A stretch of 64,000 nt of DNA from assembly GCA_944382715.1 (NCBI GenBank), contig CALWNC010000006.1, positions 13,642-77,641 on the forward strand, in the 5' to 3' direction. The notes under the pieces are model-generated. The model saw only the letters and a list, made by a program, of their open reading frames with translations, had not been told where the DNA came from and searched no databases. The DNA is from an uncultured Clostridia bacterium (GTDB lineage: Bacteria > Bacillota > Clostridia > Christensenellales > UBA1242). Below, one piece after another: positions 9,872 through 18,440 of this stretch; position 1 is the stretch's first letter, and each line of letters opens with the position of its first letter. The position numbers and the translations under genes are program-made.

Positions 9872-10876
9872 CTAAATTTGATTTGCTATTGAATTATCTA
9901 CAACCTTTGAAAATTCAACATCACTTGATATAGTACCGGCATTTTTCAAAACTGATAAAAGTCTATTAAATGAATCTTTTGTCATTGCAGGGGAATTTGC
10001 CCACGCATCAATTTCAAGATAACTTTCTACCGCAATAGCCAAACTATCTACAGTTGAACCATCAAATGAAGGTAATAGAGCTTCTGCAACTTCAGTAGAT
10101 GAGTGAGTTGTTATATATAAATATGCCTTTTTAACTGCAGATAAAAAGCCAGTAACAAGTTCTTGGTTTTCACTTATGTAGCTTGGATATGCCATAAAAC
10201 AAGTGTATGGAATTTCTCCTGAATATTCGCCGACAGAACCAACATAATATCCTTTACCTGCCGCAACAAATTCGGAAGCAGTTGGCTCAAACATAGTGCA
10301 AAATTCTGCATCAGTTGCTTCAAAAACTGAAACCATCATATTAAAGGCAGTGTCTGTATCAAGGGTAGTATTAATGCTATCATAAAGTCCAACATTATTG
10401 CAAATCCATTCAAATGTCATTGCAGGTAATCCACCATTTCTTCCAATAATAGCTGTCTTATCTGTAAGATGTGTTTTCCAGTCAAAGTTATCAATTTTTG
10501 TCTTTGAAATTAAAAAACTACCATCTTTTTTGGTAAGTTGTCCAAACACTACTGGGTGATTTGTACTACCAGAACTTTCAACGTAAACAACAGTTTCTGG
10601 TCCCATTAATGCAATGTCAGCTGAACCAGAAAGAAGTGCTGTCATACTTGCATCACTACCACCACCATTTGTCAGCTCAATTTTTATGCCATTTTCTTCC
10701 ATATAGCCTAAATTAATTGCAACATAGAGCGGAGCATAAAACACACTATGTGTGACTTCATTAAGCCTGACTGTTTTAACTGTTGAATCGTCAGTTTGGC
10801 TTTTACAACTAATGAAAATCAAACTAGAAAAACAGCAGAACATTAAGGCACAAAAAAGTGTAAAAAATTTCTTCAT
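9872..10876 (-). CDS. ABC transporter substrate-binding lipoprotein (NMT1/THI5-like)
   Basis: ATG 10876 follows AGGAGG. Signal peptide with lipobox (MKKFFTLFCALMFCCFSSLIFISC). Body resembles NMT1/ThiY/SsuA-type binding proteins. The track's longer 5' extension has no SD. Confidence 0.8.
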   Translation of the reverse strand: MKKFFTLFCALMFCCFSSLIFISCKSQTDDSTVKTVRLNEVTHSVFYAPLYVAINLGYMEENGIKIELTNGGGSDASMTALLSGSADIALMGPETVVYVESSGSTNHPVVFGQLTKKDGSFLISKTKIDNFDWKTHLTDKTAIIGRNGGLPAMTFEWICNNVGLYDSINTTLDTDTAFNMMVSVFEATDAEFCTMFEPTASEFVAAGKGYYVGSVGEYSGEIPYTCFMAYPSYISENQELVTGFLSAVKKAYLYITTHSSTEVAEALLPSFDGSTVDSLAIAVESYLEIDAWANSPAMTKDSFNRLLSVLKNAGTISSDVEFSKVVDNSIANQI

Positions 10877-11037
10877 TATTCCTCCTTTCTTTTTTATAGA
10901 GAAAACAACAATGCTTTCTCTTTTGTATTTTATGAGTAAAGTTTTTTTATTGTTACTTAAAATATATTCAAAAAATGTTTTCATTTTTAGCAAAACTTTG
11001 TTATAATGTCTTTAGATTTCAAATGGTGGGGATTTTT

Positions 11038-11667
11038 ATGCTACAAAATAACTCTAAATATCCTAGGATTTATATTTTTATTTTAATTGCACTTGCAATA
11101 TTAATTTTTATTGCAATGTTTTTTAGTTCTACCATTGTTGGAGTTCTTTACTTTGTTGCAATGCTAGTTATGGTAGTAATTTTACTTATGAATAAAAAAT
11201 ATGGAGTGAATTTAACGAACCATAAAATAGTGTTTTTTTTGTTAGATACCATTAATTTAATGGCAGTAATTGCAATAATCTACTATGAATATTCTAAACA
11301 TTCCTCTATTTTAAATATTTTCTTGATTAGTTTAGTTGTTTTTTCTTTATTACTATTAGTAATCGACTCACTTGTTTTGACTGATACATTTTCTAGTAGT
11401 GGGGAAATTTTAATAATTGATATTGCTCAGCTCTGTTCCATGATTTGTATTTTTACATACTTTAATAAAGTGTCTGAATTTTGGTTTGCAATAGTTGCAC
11501 TCTTACTTGAAATTCTAGAAATAGTCATTAAAATAGTTTTTAGAGTAAAATTAAAAACTAAATCTACAGTTGTAGGTAGCATAGAAATGCAAAATAAAGA
11601 GGCTTCAAATTTGGAAAAAATTGAAAGCATAATTCAGTCAAATAAGGAGCAAGGAGATATAGAATAA
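11038..11667 (+). CDS. Integral membrane protein, unknown function
   Basis: About 6 hydrophobic segments. ATG 11038 follows ggtgggg. Charged C-terminal tail. Confidence 0.5.
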   Translation: MLQNNSKYPRIYIFILIALAILIFIAMFFSSTIVGVLYFVAMLVMVVILLMNKKYGVNLTNHKIVFFLLDTINLMAVIAIIYYEYSKHSSILNIFLISLVVFSLLLLVIDSLVLTDTFSSSGEILIIDIAQLCSMICIFTYFNKVSEFWFAIVALLLEILEIVIKIVFRVKLKTKSTVVGSIEMQNKEASNLEKIESIIQSNKEQGDIE

Positions 11668-11867
11668 TGACAGGAGTGCAGATTATTAGACTTATAATTT
11701 TAATCTTATTAGTTCTACTTGCAGTGGCTTTTTTTGTTATTGGTGTCATTATTGGAAGAGGTAACGACACTAATGCATCAAACAAAAATTTTAGAACGCT
11801 AACTAGAATAAGAGTTGGGTGTTTTATTGCAATGCTCATTCTCTTGCTAATAAACTTATTAATCTAA
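11667..11867 (+). CDS. Small membrane protein (2 TM), unknown function
   Basis: ATG overlaps the preceding stop (TAATG). SD aaggag upstream. Two hydrophobic helices. Confidence 0.4.
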   Translation: MTGVQIIRLIILILLVLLAVAFFVIGVIIGRGNDTNASNKNFRTLTRIRVGCFIAMLILLLINLLI

Positions 11868-11892
11868 CCAAATAGGACATAAAGGAGTAAAA

Positions 11893-12900
11893 ATGAAGAT
11901 TTTATTAACGGGTGGACTTGGTTATATTGGTTCGCATACTGCGGTTCAAGCTTTGAAGGATAACTATGAGGTTATTATTGTTGACAATTTAAGCAATTCA
12001 AAAGAAGAAGTTGTTAATAAAATAAGGCAAATTACGGGCAAAGATGTAAAATTTTATAAAATTGATGTTTGTGACAAACAAAAACTAGAACTAGTCTTTG
12101 ATGAAAATCCAGATATTTTTGCAGTTATTCATTTTGCTGGTTTTAAAGCTGTGGGCGAATCCGTTGAAAAACCATTAATGTATTATCAAAATAATTTGAT
12201 TTCAACTATTAATCTTCTTGAACTTATGAAAAAAAATGGAATCGTTAATTTCATTTTTAGTTCCTCTGCAACTGTATATGCTCCATCTAAAATAATGCCA
12301 CTTGAAGAGTCTTTTCCACTTGAGGCGTCAAATCCATATGGTAGAACAAAGCTCTTTAACGAATTTATCTTGAAAGATTTTCAAAGTGCAAATCCTGAAT
12401 TTAATATTACTTTGCTTAGGTATTTTAATCCAATAGGTGCAGATGATAGTGGAATTATTGGAGAAGACCCTAATGGTATACCAAATAACTTAATGCCTTA
12501 TATTTGTAAGGTTGCAATAGGAGAGTTTGACCATTTAGATATTTTTGGCAATGACTATAATACGAAAGATGGTACTGGAGTTCGTGACTATATTCATGTT
12601 GTCGATCTTGCAACTGGGCATATAAAAGCTTTAAAACAAATTGAAAGTAATAAAAATAATGGTCTTAAAATTTATAATTTAGGTACTGGTAAAGGATATT
12701 CTGTGTTAGACATAGTAAATACTTTTAACAAGGTTAATGGTGATTTGGTTAAATATGAATTTACACAAAGACGAGCAGGAGATATAGATATTTATTACGC
12801 TTCTCCTAAAAAGGCTGAAAAGGAACTGGGATTTAAAACAGAAAAAACTCTTGAAGAAATGTGTAAGTCGAGTTATAATTATGTGATAAAAAATAAATAA
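11893..12900 (+). CDS. galE: UDP-glucose 4-epimerase
   Basis: Rossmann motif GGLGYIGSH, catalytic YGRTK (YxxxK), and SDR-extended family length. Confidence 0.92.
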   Translation: MKILLTGGLGYIGSHTAVQALKDNYEVIIVDNLSNSKEEVVNKIRQITGKDVKFYKIDVCDKQKLELVFDENPDIFAVIHFAGFKAVGESVEKPLMYYQNNLISTINLLELMKKNGIVNFIFSSSATVYAPSKIMPLEESFPLEASNPYGRTKLFNEFILKDFQSANPEFNITLLRYFNPIGADDSGIIGEDPNGIPNNLMPYICKVAIGEFDHLDIFGNDYNTKDGTGVRDYIHVVDLATGHIKALKQIESNKNNGLKIYNLGTGKGYSVLDIVNTFNKVNGDLVKYEFTQRRAGDIDIYYASPKKAEKELGFKTEKTLEEMCKSSYNYVIKNK

Positions 12901-12923
12901 ACTAACTATACAAAGAGGAAATT

Positions 12924-15533
12924 ATGGGATATATGAAAGATGAGGGTGCTTATACACCAAAAATTTTTGAAGACAGTATTTATAAAACTTGGGAAGAAAA
13001 AGGTTACTTTAGGGCAAGGGTAAATCCAGAAAAAAAACCATTTTCAATTGTAATGCCTCCTCCAAATGTTACTAGTAAGGCTCATATTGGTCATGGCTTA
13101 GATATGACTCTTCAAGATATTTTAATTAGATATAAGAGAATGACTGGGTACGAATCACTATGGTTGCCGGGTTCGGACCATGCAGCAATAGCAACAGAAC
13201 ATAAAATTGTAGAAAAACTGTCAAAAGAAGGAAAAACAAAGGAAAGTATTGGAAGAGAAGCCTTTGATAAAGAAGCTTGGGACTGGTATAACTATTATGG
13301 TGGCGAAATTATTAATCAATTCAAAAAAATTGGTTTTTCGGCAGACTGGGATAGATATCGTTTTACAATGGACGAAAAGAGTACAAATGCAGTTTTAGAA
13401 GCTTTTATTAGACTTTATAATAAAGGTTACATTTATCGTGGAAAGAGAGAAACAAATTGGTGCATAAATTGTAAGTCTGTTATTTCTGATGACGAACTCG
13501 TATATTCTGATGAACCAGGAAATATGTGGCACATTATTTACAAGTTTTCTGATGGCTCTGGACACATAACAGTTGCTACAACTCGACCAGAAACTCTTTA
13601 TGGAGACACAGCAGTTGCAGTAAATCCTGATGATGAGAGATATAAAGATATTGTTGGCAAAAAGGTTATAGTTCCTATAATAAATAGAGAAATCCCTATA
13701 ATTGCAGATAATTATGTAGAGAAAGAGTTCGGTACTGGTATGGTTAAAATCACTCCAGCACATGACCCTAATGACTATGAGGTTGGAAAAAGACATAATC
13801 TTGAGATTATTGATGTAATTTCGAAAGAAGGTGTAATGACGGAAAAGGCTGGACCACAAATGGCTGGACTAAATTTATCAGATGCTAGAAATAAAACCAT
13901 TGAACTTTTAAAGGAGCAGGGTTTACTTGAAAAAGTTGAGCCATACACCCATTCAGTATGTCATTGTTATAGGTGTGGAACTGTTATTGAACCTATGGTA
14001 ACTGAGCAGTGGTTTGTAAAAATGTCTGAACTTGTTAAGCCTGCTATAAAGTGTGTAGAAGATGGTTCTCTATCAATTCACCCAAAAAGATTTGAAAAAA
14101 ATTATTTTCATTGGCTTAGAAATATAAAAGATTGGTGCATTTCTCGTCAACTTTGGACAGGTCATAGAATACCAATTTACTATTGCAAAGATTGTGATAA
14201 TGTAATGGCTTCTAAAATTAAGGTTAGTACTTGTACCAAATGTGGAGGAAATAATATTGAACAAGACCCTGATGTTTTGGATACTTGGTTTTCATCAGCA
14301 CTTTGGCCACTTACAACGCTTGGTTGGCCTGAAAAAACGCCAGATTTAGACTATTTTTATCCTACAACTGTACTTGTAACAGGTTTTGATATCTTAACAC
14401 AGTGGGTAACAAAAATGGTTTATATGGGAATTGAAGAACAGGGAGATGTTCCATTTAAAAATTGCCTTATCCATGGGCTTGTTCGCGATAGTCAAGGCAG
14501 AAAAATGAGTAAGAGTCTTGGTAATGGAATTGATCCTCTTGACATTGTTAATAACTATGGGGCAGATACGCTTAGGGTTGCATTAGTTAAAGATATGGCT
14601 ATGGGTATGGATACTAGATTTAGCGACAGTAAGGTTGATGATGCTAGAGCATTTATTAATAAGGTTTGGAATGCTAGCAAATTCATTTCTATGCATCAAG
14701 ATGGAGTAAAACTACTTTGTCCAAAGTCTTTTGAACTTGATGATGTACAAAAATGGATACTTTACAAAACATATGAAATTACCGATACAATTACTAAGAA
14801 TTTTGAGAAATATGATGTGGGAATTGCACTGACTAATATCATTTCATTCACATTAGATATTTTTTGCGACTGGGCAGTTGAATTATCTAAGCCAGCTATT
14901 TTTGCAGGTGGAGATAGTAAACAAAAAATGGTAAGTGTATTATCTGCTTCATTTAATCAAATCCTTAAACTTCTTCACCCATTTATTCCTTTTGTAACCG
15001 AATTTATTTATCAAAGACTTGAGTTTCAGCATAAAGATGAAAGTATTATGATTTCGCAAATTAATTCATTTGATAAGTTTAAAAATTTAAAAGTTGACGC
15101 AGAAAGAACTGAGGAACTTGTAAATTTAATCACTTTAATTCGTAAATTTAAACTGGACAGTGGAAAGAAATCATCTGAAAAAGTTACACTTTGTGTAAAG
15201 TCAAGTGACTTCATAAAGACACATCAAGCTATAATTGAAAAACTTGCAAATGTTTTACTTGTCTTTGATAAAGAGAGCAAGGGAACCACTCTTGTTACAA
15301 CAGTTGGTGAGTTTGTACTTGAGGAAGAGAAAGTTGACACTATTACTCAAAAATCATTACTTATAAAAGACATTGAGAAAACTAAATTTGAGATTGAAAG
15401 AAGTTCTAAAATGCTTGCCAATGAAAAATTTGTTGCCAAAGCACCTGAAAGTTTAGTTGCCAGTGAAAGAGAAAAGTTAAAAAGAAACGAAGAACTTTTA
15501 AAATCACTAGAAGAAAAATTAAATTCATTGTAA
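12924..15533 (+). CDS. valS: Valine--tRNA ligase
   Basis: HIGH-type motif (SKAHIGHG), KMSKS motif, CP1 editing region, and a C-terminal coiled-coil typical of ValRS. Confidence 0.95.
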   Translation: MGYMKDEGAYTPKIFEDSIYKTWEEKGYFRARVNPEKKPFSIVMPPPNVTSKAHIGHGLDMTLQDILIRYKRMTGYESLWLPGSDHAAIATEHKIVEKLSKEGKTKESIGREAFDKEAWDWYNYYGGEIINQFKKIGFSADWDRYRFTMDEKSTNAVLEAFIRLYNKGYIYRGKRETNWCINCKSVISDDELVYSDEPGNMWHIIYKFSDGSGHITVATTRPETLYGDTAVAVNPDDERYKDIVGKKVIVPIINREIPIIADNYVEKEFGTGMVKITPAHDPNDYEVGKRHNLEIIDVISKEGVMTEKAGPQMAGLNLSDARNKTIELLKEQGLLEKVEPYTHSVCHCYRCGTVIEPMVTEQWFVKMSELVKPAIKCVEDGSLSIHPKRFEKNYFHWLRNIKDWCISRQLWTGHRIPIYYCKDCDNVMASKIKVSTCTKCGGNNIEQDPDVLDTWFSSALWPLTTLGWPEKTPDLDYFYPTTVLVTGFDILTQWVTKMVYMGIEEQGDVPFKNCLIHGLVRDSQGRKMSKSLGNGIDPLDIVNNYGADTLRVALVKDMAMGMDTRFSDSKVDDARAFINKVWNASKFISMHQDGVKLLCPKSFELDDVQKWILYKTYEITDTITKNFEKYDVGIALTNIISFTLDIFCDWAVELSKPAIFAGGDSKQKMVSVLSASFNQILKLLHPFIPFVTEFIYQRLEFQHKDESIMISQINSFDKFKNLKVDAERTEELVNLITLIRKFKLDSGKKSSEKVTLCVKSSDFIKTHQAIIEKLANVLLVFDKESKGTTLVTTVGEFVLEEEKVDTITQKSLLIKDIEKTKFEIERSSKMLANEKFVAKAPESLVASEREKLKRNEELLKSLEEKLNSL

Positions 15534-15551
15534 ACTAAAATGCTTAATTTT

Positions 15552-15582
15552 AAGGTATTATGCAAGGCATAGTACCTTTTTT
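15552..15582 (+). terminator. Rho-independent terminator after valS
   Basis: aaggtattatgc / aag / gcatagtacctt stem (one G-U pair) followed by a T-run. Confidence 0.7.
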
Positions 15583-15762
15583 AATTGAGTATGGATATAT
15601 TATTTTGTTTAGATTTTAAAAATAATAAAAAATATAGTTGCAATTAAAGTAGTAAATTAACATTAAATTAAAAATATAATGAAATATAATTAAAATATTT
15701 GTTTTTTCTTTTCAAAATAAAAAAAATATGATAAGATAAGTTTGCAATAAGAAGGAGAGTTT

Positions 15763-16197
15763 ATGGAAGAAGAAAAAAAATATACAATGGCTGAACTTCT
15801 AGCTGAAGAAGATGAGCGTCTTGCAAGAGAGGCAAAAGAAGAGGAAGAGAGAAGACTTGCTGAAGAGGCAAGACTTAAAGAAGAAAAAGAAAGGAAACAT
15901 CAGGAATATTTAGCAGAAAAAGAAAGAAAACATCAAGAATATTTGGCTGAGAAAGAAAGAAGACACCAAGAATGGCTAGCAGAAAAAGAAAGGCGTCATC
16001 AAGAGTGGTTAGCAGAAAAGGAAAGAAGAGAAAACACTTTTGAAGACAAGACTCTTACTTGTAAAAAATGTGGTAAAGAATGGATTTGGTCAGCATCTGA
16101 GCAAAAGTTTTTTAAAGAAAAGGGATTTTTCCGACCTTCAATGTGTAAAGAGTGTAGAGCAAGCATTAAGGTTATCAATAATTTCCACAAGAATTAA
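15763..16197 (+). CDS. Charged repeat protein with a C-terminal CxxC...CxxC zinc ribbon
   Basis: Strong SD aaggagag. Four 11-aa repeats KER(K/R)HQE(Y/W)LAE. C-terminus CKKCGKEWIWSASEQKFFKEKGFFRPSMCKECR resembles the small 'probable zinc-ribbon' domain family. Confidence 0.7.
   Translation: MEEEKKYTMAELLAEEDERLAREAKEEEERRLAEEARLKEEKERKHQEYLAEKERKHQEYLAEKERRHQEWLAEKERRHQEWLAEKERRENTFEDKTLTCKKCGKEWIWSASEQKFFKEKGFFRPSMCKECRASIKVINNFHKN
15886..16017 (+). repeat. 4 x 33-bp in-frame tandem repeat inside the CDS
   Basis: Units start at 15886, 15919, 15952 and 15985. The copies differ mostly at synonymous positions. Confidence 0.85.
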
Positions 16198-16234
16198 TTT
16201 AGTAATCTAATAAAAAAAGATAAGGAAAAAATTT

Positions 16235-16765
16235 ATGAAAATAATGATAGGATCAAAAAATCCAGTAAAAATTAATGGTGCTAAAAAGGCATTTGAACAG
16301 TACTTTGAAAATGTTGAAATTGTTGGATATTCAGTTGAATCTGGTGTGCCAAGTCAACCAGTAAATGATGAAATACTTAAGGGCGCAAGAAACCGTGTAA
16401 AGGGGCTTAGAGAAATGGCCGTTTCTAATAAATTAGATATAGATTTTTTTGTTGCAATAGAATCGGGAATTACTGATCAATTTGGCTTTTGGTTAAATAC
16501 CAATATTGCAGTAATAGAAGATGCTTCTGGTTATGAGAGTATTGGAACAAGTGAAGGTTTTCCAATTCCAAAAAGATACATTGAAGAGATTAAGCAAAAT
16601 GAACTTGGTGGATTAATGGATAGATTGGCAAAAACTTCAAATATCAAGCAAAATTTGGGAGGTGTACATTTTTTGACTCGAAAGTGTACTAGAGAAGATT
16701 TAACTATACATGCATTTACTATGGCTTTAACACAGTTTGTTAATGGAGATATTTGGAGGGACTAA
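16235..16765 (+). CDS. Inosine/xanthosine triphosphatase (YjjX-like non-canonical NTPase)
   Basis: N-terminus IGSKNPVKINGAKKAF and ESGVPSQP...GARNR match the NTPase_I-T family pattern. Confidence 0.78.
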   Translation: MKIMIGSKNPVKINGAKKAFEQYFENVEIVGYSVESGVPSQPVNDEILKGARNRVKGLREMAVSNKLDIDFFVAIESGITDQFGFWLNTNIAVIEDASGYESIGTSEGFPIPKRYIEEIKQNELGGLMDRLAKTSNIKQNLGGVHFLTRKCTREDLTIHAFTMALTQFVNGDIWRD

Positions 16766-16890
16766 GTCGCTATAACCAAAATTAGATTTGTTACAGATGG
16801 TAAAATTACCTTTGATATTTTTTTGTATTGCAATTTCAAGCTTTGTAAAAATTAATTGCAAAGTAAAAATAATATTATAAAACTTAAAAG

Positions 16891-16931
16891 CACTATAAAT
16901 TGAAGCTTAGATTCAATTTTAGTGTTTTTTT
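16891..16931 (+). terminator. Rho-independent terminator
   Basis: cactataaattgaa / gcttaga / ttcaattttagtg stem (one bulge) followed by T7. It overlaps the 5' part of track ORF 16900, which argues that part is not coding. Confidence 0.55.
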
Positions 16932-17016
16932 ATTGAATTTTGAAAGTTTTTTTGTTTTTAACAAACTAATTCAGAATTTTTTGTTTAATTTTTTTATTTA
17001 TGTCAATGATTTTTGT

Positions 17017-17295
17017 ATGAGCGAAATAAATAATTTTGTAAATAATTCAAATGTAAAATATTTGCGAGTAATTGCAGATATGCGTCCAAATTCTAAGATA
17101 ATGCCCATAAAGGTTGTTTATGAAGACAAGGAATATGAAGTTAGTGAAGTTATAGATATAAAGCGATATGTAGTACCTGCAATATGTCAGTTATGTCACG
17201 CATACTATTGCAAATTTAAGGAAAAATTAAAAATTCTGTATCTTGATGGTGATTATAATTGGTTTGTGGTTTCATCTAGTAATAGTTCAAGCTAA
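17017..17295 (+). CDS. Small hypothetical protein (92 aa)
   Basis: First ATG downstream of the terminator hairpin. No recognisable domain and a weak SD. Confidence 0.35.
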   Translation: MSEINNFVNNSNVKYLRVIADMRPNSKIMPIKVVYEDKEYEVSEVIDIKRYVVPAICQLCHAYYCKFKEKLKILYLDGDYNWFVVSSSNSSS

Positions 17296-17396
17296 TAGTA
17301 ACAAAATCTAATTTTATAAACTTATTTAAGATTTTATGTAAAAAAATCTAAGATTTTTGTATTCTAACAAACTTGCATAATTGAAATTTGACACCA

Positions 17397-17403
17397 TTCG
17401 ACA
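17397..17403 (-). promoter_or_regulatory. Candidate 0A box (TGTCGAA) upstream of spo0A
   Basis: Plus strand ttcgaca is the reverse complement of TGTCGAA, the B. subtilis Spo0A-box consensus TGNCGAA. Lies about 125 nt upstream of the spo0A ATG. Confidence 0.35.
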
Positions 17404-17527
17404 AAACTATATTTTATATTACTTAATTAAACAATTCAATAAAAGATATTATTTGATATTAATTTACAAATTATGGTATCATAATTTTGCTTAAAAAGCA
17501 GGAAAAATTTATTTCAAGGAAGTTTTT

Positions 17528-18301
17528 ATGGAAAAAGAATTTAGTTTACTCCTTGCAAATGATAATGCTGAAGAATCAAATTTCATTTCAGAAAAGTTTA
17601 CAAATGATAGCGCTATAAAAAATTTTTCAATTGTATCTAGTGGAAAAGATGCAGAGGAATTAATTTTAAATAATGACTATGACCTAGTTATATTAGATTT
17701 GGTTCTTCAAGAAATTGATGGTTTTGAATTAATTGAAAAGATTAAAAATAAAAACCCAAAAACTAGAATAATTGTAATGTCATCTCTCTCTAATGATGCC
17801 TTTATTAAAAAGGTTACTGCGTTAGGCGTTGATTATTTTATGCTCAAACCAGTAAATGCCGATGTTTTAAGAAAGAGAGCACTAGAACTTTTAGAAAATT
17901 CAGATGAAAGTAGTAGCTACTCTCGTCCAGTTGTTAGTTCTAACATTAAATTTAGTAAAGAAATTGAAGAAAAAATTACAAATATTTTTATTACAGTGGG
18001 AATTCCTGCTCACATCAAAGGTTATCAGTTTTTGAGAGAGGCGATTAAACTCGCTATGGAAAATCCTGATATCATAAATTCAATAACTAAAAAGTTATAT
18101 CCTTCTATTGCAGAAAGATTTGATACATCTGCATCAAAAGTTGAAAGAGCAATTAGACACGCAATAGAGGTAGCTTGGAATAGGGGAAAAATTGAAAACA
18201 TTAATAATATTTTTGGTCTTACCATTTACACCAGCAATGAAAAGCCAACAAACGGCGAATTCATAGCACTAGTTGCAGACAAAATGTTACTTGATGTTTA
18301 A
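17528..18301 (+). CDS. spo0A: Sporulation master response regulator Spo0A
   Basis: The C-terminal domain is near-identical in pattern to B. subtilis Spo0A (GIPAHIKGYQFLREAI, SKVERAIRHAIEVAWNRG, KPTNGEFIALVADK). N-terminal receiver has the phospho-acceptor Asp in VILDLVL and Lys in MLKP. Confidence 0.9.
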   Translation: MEKEFSLLLANDNAEESNFISEKFTNDSAIKNFSIVSSGKDAEELILNNDYDLVILDLVLQEIDGFELIEKIKNKNPKTRIIVMSSLSNDAFIKKVTALGVDYFMLKPVNADVLRKRALELLENSDESSSYSRPVVSSNIKFSKEIEEKITNIFITVGIPAHIKGYQFLREAIKLAMENPDIINSITKKLYPSIAERFDTSASKVERAIRHAIEVAWNRGKIENINNIFGLTIYTSNEKPTNGEFIALVADKMLLDV

Positions 18302-18356
18302 TTAATTTTATTTAAATATTGTATATTTTTTTGATTTTAGTGTAAAAATTAATTTA

Positions 18357-18380
18357 AAAGTGGCATTAGCCACTTTTTTT
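18357..18380 (+). terminator. Rho-independent terminator after spo0A
   Basis: aaagtggc / atta / gccacttt followed by a T-run. Confidence 0.75.
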
Positions 18381-18440
18381 ATTGGACTTTTTTAAAAAAT
18401 AGATTAAAATATTTTTAGTACAATTCAAAGGAGATAAAAA

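Noticed and set aside
10877-11037. Possible TPP or other riboswitch upstream of the NMT1/ThiY-like binding protein, and the long 5' extensions of ORFs 9872..10993 and 10975..11667
   Set aside because: Reading the minus strand shows no TPP-riboswitch core (no CUGAGA...ACCUGA-type elements). It shows only a short AGAGAAA/TTTCTCT hairpin without a T-run. Both ORF extensions lack SDs, whereas internal ATGs (10876 and 11038) have good ones.
12901-12923. T-box leader upstream of valS
   Set aside because: Only 23 nt separate the galE stop from the valS start. There is no room for a leader, so valS is evidently co-transcribed with galE.
16900-17016. 5' extension of ORF 16900..17295 (TTG start, MKLRFNFSVFLLNF...)
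   Set aside because: The extension overlaps a hairpin and T7 terminator (16891-16931) and is Phe/Leu/Asn-rich AT-noise. Only the part from ATG 17017 is kept, and with low confidence.
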